64,000 nucleotides of DNA from TPA_inf: Saccharomyces (Eukaryota). The position numbers and the translations under genes were made by a program. The stretch spans positions 512,001 through 576,000 of the forward strand of contig BK006936.2 in NCBI GenBank assembly GCA_000146045.2. The letters run 5' to 3'. The notes beneath the pieces are model-generated. The model ran no database searches and was not told the origin of the DNA. It worked only from the letters and a program-made list of their open reading frames with translations. Below, one piece after another: positions 1-14,300 of this stretch; position 1 is the stretch's first letter, and every line of letters starts with the position of its first letter.

Positions 1-774
<774 letters not shown>

Positions 775-1043
775 CGACTTTCCACCATTTTCGGCAACAG
801 ACGAACTTCCTCTTGATCTAACCATCACTGCAGGTGCTTTTCTCCGGCGGAGTTAATAGATACTTATCCCCGCTTCATGTCATACTATCTCTCTTAACAG
901 GGATGTTGACACCATATAAGTTAACATAACATATACGTACGTAATAATATTAAGGACTATCTCGCATTTCAAAAGAGAAACAACCTAATCAAGCCTTATT
1001 ATAAGAGCAAATTATTCAAAAAAAGTCTACGGAGAAAATTATT

Positions 1044-1583
1044 ATGGTGGTTTTAGACAAGAAGTTATTGGAAAGATTGACTTCTCGTAAGGTTCCCTTA
1101 GAAGAGCTCGAAGATATGGAAAAACGATGCTTTTTGTCTACTTTTACATATCAAGATGCCTTTGATTTGGGGACTTACATAAGAAATGCAGTTAAAGAAA
1201 ATTTCCCCGAAAAACCAGTTGCAATTGATATCTCCTTACCAAATGGGCATTGCTTGTTTCGCACAGTGACCTACGGTGGCAGTGCATTGGACAATGATTT
1301 TTGGATCCAGAGAAAGAAGAAGACAGCGCTTCGATTTGGTCATTCAAGTTTCTATATGGGCTGCAAGAAAGGTGACAAAACACCGGAGGAAAAGTTTTTT
1401 GTGGACTCAAAAGAATACGCTTTCCATGGAGGTGCTGTCCTAATACAATCGGAGAGAAGTGACTACCCCTATGCCTGCTTAACTATAAGTGGATTGAAGC
1501 AGGAAGAAGACCATTTAATGGCAGTCAGCTCTTTAATTGCATTTGCTAATGAAAGTCTAGAAGAAGATTTGAATTTGGATTGA
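1044..1583 (+). CDS. Conserved 179-aa protein. The length and context match YBR137W.
   Basis: A 179-aa ORF sits between MEC1 and YBR138C. Its length equals the annotated YBR137W. Confidence 0.8.
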   Translation: MVVLDKKLLERLTSRKVPLEELEDMEKRCFLSTFTYQDAFDLGTYIRNAVKENFPEKPVAIDISLPNGHCLFRTVTYGGSALDNDFWIQRKKKTALRFGHSSFYMGCKKGDKTPEEKFFVDSKEYAFHGGAVLIQSERSDYPYACLTISGLKQEEDHLMAVSSLIAFANESLEEDLNLD

Positions 1584-1761
1584 GAATGTAGGTAGAAGTA
1601 AAATAGAGGCTTGAACACCATAGAATATTTTTTACCCGTTACTAGTATAACTGTTATTTAGTCGTAAGCTTTTCATATATATATTGATTGTTTTGCCCTT
1701 GAAAAAATACACAGCACCAATGCAGTCCTGTTTGTTTTAGTGATCTCTTAGCAATGTATTT

Positions 1762-3336
1762 TCAAGGTTGAAAATTTAAACGATCACTATTTTGATTGCG
1801 TAAGAAATGCGGAAGTAAACCATTTATTCTCCACTTCCACTTCAATTTTCTTCTTGCTTCCAAAAACCAATTCATTGATTTAGAGCCCATTGCATCTTTA
1901 TTAAAATGATGTTTGATTGACTTATCATTTTCTAGCAATTGCAACTGCAATCGTTCTATTAGTTCCTTAGAGAAGCTGTCCTTTTTTTTTGATATTTCCT
2001 TTTTAAGGTCGATCTTGTTATCTTCTATGTGCCTATTTATTTTTTTTGGAACATCTGTCGATAAATGAAACGGTTCTGCTGAATTCTCTAGATCACTAAA
2101 AGTACCGCTGCTTAGATTTGATTCATCCATAGATGATTCGAACTCGCAGTTCTCAAAGATTTTAGCGGCTTCTTCATATCTAACTGTGCATTGCTCACAT
2201 ACAATTTCTTTATAGTATCCTGAATTTAAAAGTCTCGAGCTAATTTCATATAGGGCCTTTTCGCAGATGACACATTTCCTCAGTTGGGAATGAACATTTA
2301 ATTCCGATAGATAAAGATCATCGTAACTTTTATTGGAAGATGGAATATTAACCAAGTTAACCACCATATTTTCAATGGAATTTGGTATGGAAATATCACT
2401 TATTTCAATTTCCTCTTTGATAAAATCTAAGGGGTTGTTACTTTCGTCCCTATTTTCTTCAGTATTCCTTAATATATGGGGTATCAGTGTTAGTGAATTC
2501 GGTTCAAAGCTATTTCTATTGGTTTCCTTATTAATTTCAGAATATGAATTTTTTACTCTCAGCGGGATATGATTATCTCTTCTTTTACTTAGTTTTGATT
2601 TCAAATCTGAAATAGATACCATTTTTTTTGTTGATTTACTTTGGGTATACGGTATGTAGTCTTCAACCAGGACTAGCGGTGGTATATCCTGAGAAGTATT
2701 TTCTGTTAGCTCGTAGTTTTTTGTATCTAAACTCGGCCCATAACTGACGTACCTATTACGTTTGTTGTTATGCACTCGCAGTTCATTTACAGGATTCAAC
2801 CTGGGCCGTTTTTTATTGTTGTTGTATTCGTTGTTTCCACTGTCATCTTCATTAGTTTCGATATTGCATGGAGGCGCAATTGGCAAAGACGTAAAGCTCT
2901 TGTCATCAATTAGATCTAATTTGGAAACAGATTGGTACAATTTGGATGGAATTTTAGGCTTGGCACCTATCAATTGTGAGCGACGCTTTCTTACATTCAA
3001 TAACTGTTGGTTCTGATTTTCACTTTGACTATTGCCTTGGTATGGAGAATTTCTCTGCAATGGTTTTGCCTGCTTCGAAGGAGTGCTGTTACTATCGAAG
3101 ATAAATTCCTTCTTTTCAAATTGCCATTGTAACATGGAGTTATTCTCTATATCCTGGACGACTGGAGGAGTCAAGGGCCTGGAAAGTACGGATCCTGTAG
3201 AAATATCACTGGCAATTATACTGAGTTTATTGTTGGTGTTGCTATTCATATTTGAGCTGGTATTGGACGAAAGCAAGGATAATGAGTTTGTGTCTACTGA
3301 CTCCAACACCCTAGGCTGGATTTGATCTTTCTCCAT
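1762..3336 (-). CDS. 524-aa low-complexity Ser/Asn-rich protein (YBR138C).
   Basis: ORF length and position match YBR138C. The protein has an S/N-rich disordered N-terminus and a Cys-rich C-terminal segment (CVICEKALYEISSRLLNSGYYKEIVCEQC). Confidence 0.8.
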   Translation of the reverse strand: MEKDQIQPRVLESVDTNSLSLLSSNTSSNMNSNTNNKLSIIASDISTGSVLSRPLTPPVVQDIENNSMLQWQFEKKEFIFDSNSTPSKQAKPLQRNSPYQGNSQSENQNQQLLNVRKRRSQLIGAKPKIPSKLYQSVSKLDLIDDKSFTSLPIAPPCNIETNEDDSGNNEYNNNKKRPRLNPVNELRVHNNKRNRYVSYGPSLDTKNYELTENTSQDIPPLVLVEDYIPYTQSKSTKKMVSISDLKSKLSKRRDNHIPLRVKNSYSEINKETNRNSFEPNSLTLIPHILRNTEENRDESNNPLDFIKEEIEISDISIPNSIENMVVNLVNIPSSNKSYDDLYLSELNVHSQLRKCVICEKALYEISSRLLNSGYYKEIVCEQCTVRYEEAAKIFENCEFESSMDESNLSSGTFSDLENSAEPFHLSTDVPKKINRHIEDNKIDLKKEISKKKDSFSKELIERLQLQLLENDKSIKHHFNKDAMGSKSMNWFLEARRKLKWKWRINGLLPHFLRNQNSDRLNFQP

Positions 3337-3663
3337 CCTTTAATTTTAACCTTTTAATTAGTGGTTGGATCAAGTTTTCGAGACTATTCCAATCTGTGAC
3401 TTGTTGGATAAATAGTTTTTGACTCGTTTAGTATAATCCTTTTTTCTAAAAGTGCTTAGAGTTCTCTAAGATGTTCTTGTTTACAATGTGAGCGATTTAG
3501 GAAATTTCCTAAAAATGGCCGAGGCGGCGCTAGCATTCTACGAAAGGTGAGATAACGCTTCGTTATCGAAAAATGTCAGGGGACAGGGGTTATATAAGAA
3601 CGAAAATTGTCATCCTGCATTTTTTCTTTAAAACAGCTATACAAAAAGTGATACCGACATACA

Positions 3664-5190
3664 ATGAAGTATCTAAACTTAGTTTTCGTGCTTCAGCTTC
3701 TTATTAGCATCAAATACGCCTCATTCGGCCGAGCCTTTTCTCTTTTTGAAGATGATACCACCTTTGCCAATTTGGATAAACAGCTAAAGCTTCCACAGAA
3801 TACACAGCAAACCCTTAAATTGGACCGTTTGAATCACGATGATCCGCTGTTTACAACTTTTATTTCTTCTGTGGACACAGATTACAGTTTGAGACTTAGA
3901 ACAGTAGATCCTTCTAAACTAGGAATTGACACCGTAAAACAATGGTCGGGTTACATGGACTATAAGGATTCCAAACACTTTTTTTACTGGTTTTTTGAAA
4001 GTAGGAACGATCCTGCTAACGACCCAATTATTCTTTGGTTAAATGGTGGACCTGGTTGTTCCTCGTTTACTGGGTTGCTATTTGAACTAGGCCCCTCATC
4101 AATTGGCGCCGATATGAAACCAATCCACAATCCCTATTCTTGGAATAATAACGCTTCAATGATCTTCTTAGAACAGCCACTCGGAGTCGGCTTTTCCTAT
4201 GGTGATGAAAAAGTCTCCTCTACAAAATTAGCAGGCAAAGATGCGTACATTTTCCTGGAATTGTTTTTTGAAGCTTTTCCTCATTTACGCTCCAACGATT
4301 TCCACATTGCAGGCGAATCCTATGCAGGACATTATATCCCTCAAATTGCACATGAGATCGTTGTCAAGAACCCTGAAAGAACGTTCAATTTAACTTCAGT
4401 TATGATTGGTAATGGTATCACAGACCCTTTGATTCAAGCAGATTATTATGAACCAATGGCATGCGGGAAAGGGGGCTATCACCCTGTTCTCTCATCAGAA
4501 GAATGTGAGAAAATGAGTAAAGCTGCAGGTCGTTGTCGTAGGTTGAACAAGTTATGTTATGCTTCTAAATCAAGTTTACCATGCATAGTCGCCACTGCTT
4601 ACTGTGACTCTGCACTTTTGGAACCGTACATTAACACAGGACTCAACGTCTATGACATTAGAGGGCCCTGTGAAGATAATAGTACTGATGGTATGTGTTA
4701 TACAGGTCTCCGCTATGTCGACCAGTATATGAATTTTCCTGAAGTTCAAGAAACGCTAGGGTCCGACGTGCATAATTATTCTGGCTGTGATAATGACGTG
4801 TTCACCGGATTTTTGTTTACGGGCGATGGAAGTAAACCATTTCAACAATATATTGCTGAATTATTAAATCACAACATTCCGGTATTAATATATGCGGGTG
4901 ATAAGGATTATATTTGTAATTGGCTGGGAAACCATGCTTGGTCCAATGAGTTGGAATGGATCAATAAACGTAGGTATCAGAGAAGGATGTTAAGACCATG
5001 GGTCAGTAAAGAAACAGGTGAAGAGTTGGGACAAGTCAAGAACTATGGCCCTTTCACCTTTTTGAGAATATACGATGCCGGTCATATGGTGCCCTATGAT
5101 CAACCGGAGGCAAGTTTGGAAATGGTCAACAGTTGGATTTCCGGTAATCGTGCTTTTTCGGATCTTTCCACCTTGGAAAATGCTAGTTAG
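3664..5190 (+). CDS. ATG42: Serine carboxypeptidase of the S10 family (a CPY paralogue) with an N-terminal signal peptide.
   Basis: The active-site motif GESYAGHYIP and the catalytic His context DAGHMVP are present, together with a hydrophobic N-terminus. At 508 aa it matches YBR139W. Confidence 0.85.
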   Translation: MKYLNLVFVLQLLISIKYASFGRAFSLFEDDTTFANLDKQLKLPQNTQQTLKLDRLNHDDPLFTTFISSVDTDYSLRLRTVDPSKLGIDTVKQWSGYMDYKDSKHFFYWFFESRNDPANDPIILWLNGGPGCSSFTGLLFELGPSSIGADMKPIHNPYSWNNNASMIFLEQPLGVGFSYGDEKVSSTKLAGKDAYIFLELFFEAFPHLRSNDFHIAGESYAGHYIPQIAHEIVVKNPERTFNLTSVMIGNGITDPLIQADYYEPMACGKGGYHPVLSSEECEKMSKAAGRCRRLNKLCYASKSSLPCIVATAYCDSALLEPYINTGLNVYDIRGPCEDNSTDGMCYTGLRYVDQYMNFPEVQETLGSDVHNYSGCDNDVFTGFLFTGDGSKPFQQYIAELLNHNIPVLIYAGDKDYICNWLGNHAWSNELEWINKRRYQRRMLRPWVSKETGEELGQVKNYGPFTFLRIYDAGHMVPYDQPEASLEMVNSWISGNRAFSDLSTLENAS

Positions 5191-5349
5191 TAGTGCTCTA
5201 AAAATGTTTCACTCTTAACCTTGCAATCATTATACTTTACACAAATCTCTACGTTTCATTTAATTTAAAATCTACAATCCAACAAATATAAAACAAAATA
5301 TAATTATAAGGAAAAACGTATATAATCACTGCAATACTCTAATTTAAAA

Positions 5350-8300
5350 TTAGGAGCACGACATTCTTGCCAGTATCATTGTTGCTAATCTTTTTCTCTC
5401 ATAAATTGCCACTTGATGTTCACCCTCTCCTTTTAACTTTTCTATATGTTCCTGATCAAAAATATCCAGAGGCTTCACAACTGACAAGCCTCTCTTTTTT
5501 AAAAGTTCGACCATTTCATCATTAAATTCCTCTAGGTAATTAAACTCACTGTGTGTAACAAGCATCCCAATCAATTCAAAAGAGACAGCAACCGCTTCAG
5601 ATGATTGTTCTAGGGTTGATAACCTCCTGAATTCCTTTCTAGTCAGCGTATAGAACCTGAATACACAAATAGGGTTGACTTTGAGCAAATACCTCATCAA
5701 TAGAGCAAAACGGAATTTACATGGTTCGTCTGACATAACACAGCTAAACAAAAGTGCTCCTTGGTATAAGACTATATTAGATTTATCTGAGTCTGAACTT
5801 AGCCAGTTGATCAAAGTAAGTGGCACTTTTAGTGTATTATTTAAAGGTACCAGTTCATCTTCGAAGCCGACTTCAAGTAACAAGGTAGAAAGTTGTTCAG
5901 GACTTAAGACCAAATGGAGTAAGAAAAGGTAACAAAGATAATCGGAGGATTTTGGGTTGGACTTTCTTTCGTAATATGTATTCTTGAAAAGGGCCTGTAG
6001 ACAATCTAATGCGGCTCCTTTTACGACAGGAATGGATAAACCGTTTGCAATGAAACCTAAAATAATATGAGGAAAATTATCTTCGTTCCATATGCATCCA
6101 TTGTATGACTCTAACTTAGCCAAAAGCGTAGCAGCAAAATTTCTAGATTCCATTAATTTTTTGGCTAGCGATTTGCCATCGAATCCAAGTTGAAGATGGA
6201 CCGTGTACAGTCGCTTCAAACAATTTACCATGAACAGGAGACCACCTTCAAAGAGTAAAGGATGAGGGGATTCAACACATATTGTAGCAAGCCAAAATAG
6301 CTCTTTCATTAATTCTGAAGAAGGATCTAACCCTTCGACAATTTTGCTGTAAGTAAAGACATGAGCTATAATGATGAACATTTGTTCATCATCCACAACT
6401 GGCTCTGCGAAGACCTTCATGGTTTCAACTAAAAGTTCTTTACAAAGGAAAAGGGACGTGTGCGACTTACTCATTATACCTAGAATCATCATAGCTCTCG
6501 CAGAGAAGAACGACCGATGGCCAAAAATCGCATCCATCAAATATTTCTTATATTTTGCCTCCCATTGTGCACCCTCTGAAATAGAACCATATTCCATCAA
6601 TAGCATAATGTTTTTAGTGAAGAGATCTAATGTTCCGAATTTACTGGAGAAGGAGGAAGCGGCAAAATTTGGTAAAACTCTACCTTTTTCTTGGCTAAAA
6701 CCGGAGATAAAGTTCAACTTTTGACGTGCGAATGTTGCACAGACGATATCCAAATTTTTCCTATTCCTTTCAGGTAAGGACTCATTGTTGGTTAAAGAAT
6801 GACAAACATTCATCAACAACTCGTACAATGAGACTCTTATTTCCGAAGGACCGACATCAATTAACAGAGACACAGCGAAAAGAATCTCCGGTAAATACAT
6901 CTGGGAAAGTAAGGGTGATTCAAAGAAAATTGACACACTAATTTTTGATAAAATAGTAAGCTCAGACCAACTGTGTGCGGAAGCCTCAACTGCTAGAGAA
7001 GGTAGAAAAGATTTGATCATATTTATTAGCTTCTCTATTACCTGACAAGCAATCTCTGTCGTTGGAAAACTGGTTAGTATTGACACAGCTTTCATCCAGT
7101 CTCTGTTTTCTGAATCTCTATCCAGCGCATGACTTACTATTTCTTCAACTATCACGTTCGTGAGACGACCATCCAATGCCAGTAAAAACCAAATCTGTTG
7201 AAGGTAAGCTGTCGTGAAATTTGGCTCTTTGACCGTCAACCTGATTAAGCTATAGATTATACGTGAAATCGCCTCTGGTCCCTCTTCGTCATTTGCCAAA
7301 TATACATGTTCATATAAGTTTGGTACCCAGTATGACAATGAACAGACAACCGTAGGAATATGTTCTTGAGGAATCACGTCGTTTTCAAGGCCATCCAGCA
7401 TATATTTCCATATATATGGAGTTAGTTCCGTTGAAGATTCTGAAAAAGCCTTGAAAATTAGGGCCAAGAACGTGGTGGTATCATCGGGTACATATGTCTC
7501 TGGGGATTTGTGAAGCCTTGTCCCAAAATCTAAATTAAATGCTTCTTGCGTTGCCACGAGAAGGTTGTATGATATGTTTTTGACGAGATCATCCTCATTG
7601 AATAAACCTACAAGGATCACCAATGACAAATGTGATATAATTTCACCAACTTCTTTAACATTGCAGTAAGAAGCATTAACTGCTGAAGAGGATGTTGAAA
7701 ATGAAATATCGTTCGAAAAATCCGTACCAAAGTCTTCTTCCATCTTTAACTGGGCATAATAAAACATTTTCACAATTTCTAGGTACTTCGGACTGCAAAA
7801 TACCAACTTTTCTTCATTATCAAGACTTAACGTAAATTCCGAGGAAACGCCTGTGGTGTTAGAGACATCGACTGAAATTAAATTTGATATCTTGTAAACA
7901 TTGTTGAATTTGATGCTGAATGTCCTGTTTGATACGGTAACCTTGTACAACTGCGGAATCTCATGTAAAACTTGGAAGTATTTGTTTCCTATCTTCAAGG
8001 ACACGGGACAAAACTTCTTTTTTTCCTTGTCATAAAGGGTAATATCATGCAAAGTAACTCTTACATCTTTCAAAACTTCCAAACTCCTACCACTCAATCC
8101 TAAGGACTTTATCAAACTTTGGTCAGTATTGCTGTTGATGAAACAACGGGGAATTGTAGTGACCAAGTACGGATTTTCTACAGTATATGATGAGGCCCAT
8201 TGGTCCATAAATGATTTGTTGACGTTGAAGTAATAACATCCCATACAATTACTTGATGCTTGCTCTGGTATCAAACTGAAAAATAGAGTAGTCAATTTTT

Positions 8301-11300
8301 GGAAATTAGCCTTACCCCCATAAAAGGTGGTACAATCGATAACTACATAATGTTTAGAGCACCACATTCTTGCATATATCTGCAGAACTTTATAGACCAG
8401 TGAGTCCATTACAAAATTATTGTACTCGCAATTGGTAAAAGTTACGACAATGATTTGTATGCCATCCAATGTCATTGCTTCATGTACAAATGGCGCATTA
8501 TCCTCTTCTTCTTCTTTCATGTCCACTTTTTTGAAGGCATAGCGACTCATGAATTCATACAATGAAGGATATTTTTCCCGATTCTCGACTACAAAAGGAG
8601 GAATTTCATTTTTTATTTCCATGCTAGGTTGTCCCAATACACCAAGAATTTTGTCGTTGAGCATAACAGTATTTTTCAAAAAGCTGAACTCCCCTGGTAA
8701 TTTGGATTCATTAATAATTTCTTTTCTTATGGTAAACTCATTGAGGTAAAAGAATTTATGCAAAAATGAGTAGTCAAAGCTTATTGGTGTCGGATCTTCT
8801 CTTACATTGACGGTGAAATTGTTAGTCGGTATCTTGCACAATTCAGACAAAAAATTGAATATTTTATCACTACAGGTTTTCAAAAACTCTTCTTTTGAAA
8901 CTAAGATATCTTTCTTGAATATATTTTCCCTGCCATTAGCTAAACTTTGAATAACTTTAGCTAGTGTAATAAAGGGCTTTCTGTCATGGGCGTGCGTAAC
9001 AATAATGATATTTTCCGAATCAGGACTAACTAAAGCAGGCCCGATAAACCTCAAGAAAACGAATGACCCAACGGCAATATATGCGTATTCTGGAAAATTT
9101 ACACTAGCAGCATTGTAAATTGTTTTACAGATATCAACTAATTCTATTGGGAAATCATCAATAGAACTTGTAATTGCGTCAATTAATCTTGTCATGTACT
9201 TCTCAAATAAGTCTAACATCTTTTCGGAGTTTTCGGATCCTGGTTTCATCTTATCAATTTCAAAAGACTCCTTGTTATCCACTATCCCTTGCAAAACGGG
9301 TCTCAAAGTTTTTATCAAATATTTGTTACCTCTAGATCTAGTGTAAAGTGACAAAGCCCTTGTTGCACAACTATTTCTTCTGAGAATATCGTCTGATCTT
9401 GCGGCCCGTTTGATTTCTTGTTTAAGGAGCTCAGTAACAAGGATATGAGACGCATTTCTAGTGTCAAAGGCGTTTAAGAATCCACCAGCATATAAATCAA
9501 CATCAGCAGGAGAACACGCTAAACTTCCGAAAAATGCTAATATTGGGTTCTTGATTATATATTTCAGGAAGTCGTCTATAGCTAGCATTTTATCCATTTC
9601 ATGTTTCTCAGGGTTAACTGGATAGTTGGTTACTATGTCGATGAAAACTCTTAAAAAGGCGATTCTGATATCTTTATTTGGAGAATAACCCATTGGTAAA
9701 GTGAATTTTAAAGAAACGTTGACATTGGCATTAGATAAGTTCGTTAGCGCTATTATTACATTTTCATTAAGTATACTGATCTTATGCCTTAATGAAACTG
9801 GAAACTGATTCAGGTCCGCGCTTTTCTCCAGACCTTTTAACAAAATAGTAAAGTGATTGCCAAATGATACTGTAGAAGATCTGTTCCAATCTTCTTTTGA
9901 GCTTGAAGGCGGTATTTCTAAAGGAACATTATGTGTTAGGTAAGCCAATGCTTTTGCAGATTCAATAGAAGTGTCGATATACAAAAAATCTTCGTCCCTT
10001 TTCTGCAAATCCATTTCCCTTAATGGTCTTGACAGGTTTTCAAAATCATAATCCTTATTAATAGATAGTTTGAACCAACCAATAACTAACTTCAACCATT
10101 TATTCTTTAAATGGAAATGATTTGAAATGCCCAGGTTCTTTTCAGAGTGCTCAAATGCTCTAAACATTTTCGACATTTGGATAATTCCCTTATAATATTT
10201 GGAGGACTTGATGGAAATTTTCTCCACTATTTCGATCAACTTATCGACCGCATCAAGCAAGTCCGTCGAAAAGAGTAGCATTATCTTTTCATCATCATCC
10301 CTCTTTAGTATAGTTCTTATTATAATTATTATCTGCTCTAGTAAAACAAACGATGAATCCTCATGTGACTTTGAAAGATCAATTGACATCAGTTCATCTA
10401 TTTTCAGTCCTAGGTTGTTAAACAATAAGTTAAAAGATAGAGGATGCAACTCAATACTTAATATATCTCTCGAATTTTCTCTTGTTAATAGATTTGGATT
10501 ATTCAACCATTGACATTGTTTTGAAATAAAGAAATTCATTTTTTTCGTTAACTCGAGTTTAAGACTTTTGTGCACCTCATAAGCGGGATTTCGTGACTCA
10601 AATGATAAGCTGTCTCCTTCATTATCTGGAGCGCTCTTGCTTTTTTCCAACTCTTGCATATCAGACAGAATACCTGACATAGAAGCTAGAATGCCTGCCA
10701 AGCTTCTAAAATCTACTAGTTCCTCTTGCGTAACTGATTTCGAACAGCTGAAGTAAAACCACTTCTTGTAAATCACGTCCATTGAATCCAAAAGGATTGA
10801 GTCGGATCCTTTGATATAAGTTAAAATATTATTTCTTAGACGCCGTTGCAAAGCCACTGATCCTGAGGCAGTGAAATTGTCCTGGGCCATAGCATCTATG
10901 AAATCAATATTGTAAATGGAATATTGATCCAAAGCGCCTACGTATTTTTGATAAAATCTCAAGGATCGTAGAAATTCACAACATGAAATTTTTATTAAGC
11001 GTGGCGTATTTCCACGACTGCAGTATAATGAAATGAAAATTCCACTTCCTACAGCACCAACTAATAATGGCAGCGTCAACCTCTCCGTCGTAATTATTGC
11101 CTGGACTAGGTTGTGTTTTTCTGCTAAATTTGATAAATAAGAACGGACTCGTTGAAATTTAACAATAATGTCTAGTAGCATCTCTCTCTTCGCATTTTCT
11201 AACTTCAAATCAAACAATGATGAAGCAAACAAAGTAACGGCATATGTACATAACAAATAATGGTCATTCAGTACTCTTGGGTCAAGATCATTATCAATGT

Positions 11301-14300
11301 CTTCAAAAGTAGCTATATAACTTAATGGGATTTCAATAAAAGCCCGCGCTGTAACTTGTAGTCTTTGATTAGAATCCAATATAGAGACAAAAAGTGGTTT
11401 TATAATATCCGTAAAAGTCTTCGGGAATTCTGTATTAGCATCTGGGCGTATAAACCAGTTGGTCATTCTTTTGAAAATGCTGAAAATGTTCATCATAATC
11501 TTTCTTGCTTCATCATTGTCACTCAGTATTACTCTTGAATAAGAAGGCTGTTTCAATTGTTTATCATCAGCAATTTTTTTTGTTTTGTTTGGTTTTGGAG
11601 ATTTGATGTTTTTCAAAATAGTTGGGGTTGCCGTAATCGAATGATTAGAAGAAAATCCTGCACTTGACGAGAGGACTGAGAGCGGAGAAGGCAAGTCACT
11701 TTGTTGCAATTGCGGCGGAGAAGAATATGGACTTTGTCGTGATCTTTCAGAGTCGTTCGGTGAAGCGTATCTCTTAGTAGTAGGAACCCCAGATAATCTA
11801 TGGGCTAACAAGTTTGCATTATTATTTTGTTGTGCCTCCAACGGATTAGTCAAAATGTTAGACAAGCTCAAATCAGAAGCACTTGATCTGTTCGATAAGG
11901 TTGGTAAGATTGATTGAATATCCCAGGTGCGCGTATTGGTGATATTGCTTCCTGAGTTAATTGATAAGGGTGATTGGGAAAGTGAAGAGACTAACGAGGC
12001 ATCCGATGAGTTATGAATAATTTCGGTTGGCTCAGTGTAAACGCTTGTGGCAGCATCAAAACTGACATGATCATCATTAGAAAGTGTTCGCGCAGCGTCA
12101 AATTGATCTAAAATATGCCCATCCAATATAGAAGCAATAATCTTGGTTACATTATCGTCAAAATAAGGCGTTGCTTTCAACAAAATATCAGCAATTATGC
12201 AGAAAAGTCTCTTTAACACAGAGGAGGTTTTTTCTGCAATATCCTCATGAAGTTTTTTGGTGCTTACTAGGTGAAAAAATACCCTAAATCCTTCAGTGTA
12301 TAACGATATTTTGGGAAGGTCTATGTGATTGAGTTCTTTTTCCAGTTGTAAATGTCTTAAAAATAAATCAGAATCCAGCTGTAAACCGCTTGCAAAAAAC
12401 TCTAATTGTAAACGCCTATGTGTAAGGGGATTCCTTTCAACACAATGAGAAATAAAAGTATTTGCAGTGGCAGAATTCCAATTGGTGCCGACCTCTAAAT
12501 TTTGACCCAACAAGTTGTAGAATCTCTTCGAAAAAATAACAGAAGCAATATTTGAATCGATTTGGGATATAGAAGACGTCATTGTCATTAAGAATAGAAT
12601 GGACCTGATAGAGTCAATCAAGGAAACATCTGAAACGAACTGTCCCCCATTCAAATTTCTAATCAAATATGTCAAAAATTTAACGTTACGTTTCCTGCCT
12701 TGCTGTAAAGTAAGTTTTTTTAAGCCATGGGTGAGGTGCCTGATACTTGGGTTTTTGGATGCTGAGCCCCAACTTGAAGTATTAGAGTCCTTCGGATTAA
12801 TATTCATTATCGGTTCCGAAATTTTTCTATACGAATTTGAGTTCATCTCATCATATACTTCACTGTCTAATAAGGTCAGAACCACCAAAAACCTTAATAT
12901 GGCAGTATGGGAGGATAGTTCTGATCCGGTATAGTTGGAATACAGCTCCATAATATTTTCCATATAGTTTAAAGAAGACTGATCGTTCTGAGACTGAGAA
13001 TTATTAACTCCTGCATGCATATTTGTATTTGTCATCGATGCATTAGAATGCTGAGAAGTATCCCAAAGAAACAAGGAGTTACTATCATCTAGATTGAGTG
13101 ATTTTCTACTCGAGTTAAAGGATGAAATGTCATCTAAGGAAAATATGCGTTGTGGAATATTATTAAGATTAGCGCTGTTGTTATTGTTATTATTGTTGTT
13201 AGTATTCATAGTAGAGGGCGTATCTGCATCTGTTTTGGTAGTTGCAGCCGTAGTCGATGTGGAAGTATTCGCCTGTCCTAGTGTTGAAGTGATTGGAGAT
13301 AACGGATACCCTAGGATGTTCGTGTTTAAGGGTGAACTCAATGATGCCATAGGGGAAGTAGGCGATGCATCATTCCCAGTAGAAAACTGAGACGGAGAAA
13401 CATTGCCAGAAGCATTCACACTCGACTGCTTTATCGACGTTTTTGATATAGAGTTTGGACTATTAGTGTTGGTCGTCTTTGATGAAGAAGATGAATGATG
13501 AAGATGGTAGTGGTGGTCATTATTGACATTTGTTAATAATGATGATACACTAAAAGTGGAATAAACGTCATCGAATAACAGTGAGACTAGTTGGGATATA
13601 GACGTTTTATCAGAATTATTCGAACCACCATTATCAGATGAAGAAGACGGACTATTATAATCTGATGATATTAGATTGTTATAAATTTTGACGTATTCTT
13701 TTGGCCTTGCCATTATCCAAAATAAAAAAGCTTTGGAAGCATAATATAACAAAAGCGAATGAAAAATGGTCCTCTTCATGTAACTTGACAGGTGTTGTAG
13801 TATGTCCAGATATGCTAGCAGATTCTTATCAGTCAAATACTCACAACCAAATAAATCCAAGTGGTTTACTACGCCCAATTCGGTTGAGGTGTGTGATATC
13901 AATAAAGGTGCAACAACTTTTGTTTTGACACACTTTGTGAATTCAACATGATTGGAAGCAGATATGAATCTCTGGATATAATCTATTGTTAAATCTATTT
14001 TCTCGGTATATGCTGGATAGTTTCTCTTTTGTAAAAATTCCTGTGAATCGGGTAAAATACTCGATTTTGAGATAGTAGCGCTGCCAGAAAGATGGTGAGA
14101 CATGTTCTGTAAAACCTTTAAAGTTCTTGTATTGAACTTCAGCTTAGAAATTTTACATAGTAACATCGTCGCCAAAGCTGGATTGATTCTCGTGTGCTTT
14201 GGCCTAGATGTATGGAAGTTTGGCCTGTGACTTGAAAATCCCGGTTTGTAATTATCGTTTCTAATTTTCTTGAAGTCATTGTTTTGATCCCAGTAATACT

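Noticed and set aside
2125-2150. tRNA T-loop-like GAGTTCGAATC on the reverse strand
   Set aside because: The flanks do not form a T-stem and there is no A-box or acceptor stem. It lies inside the YBR138C coding sequence, so it is not a tRNA.
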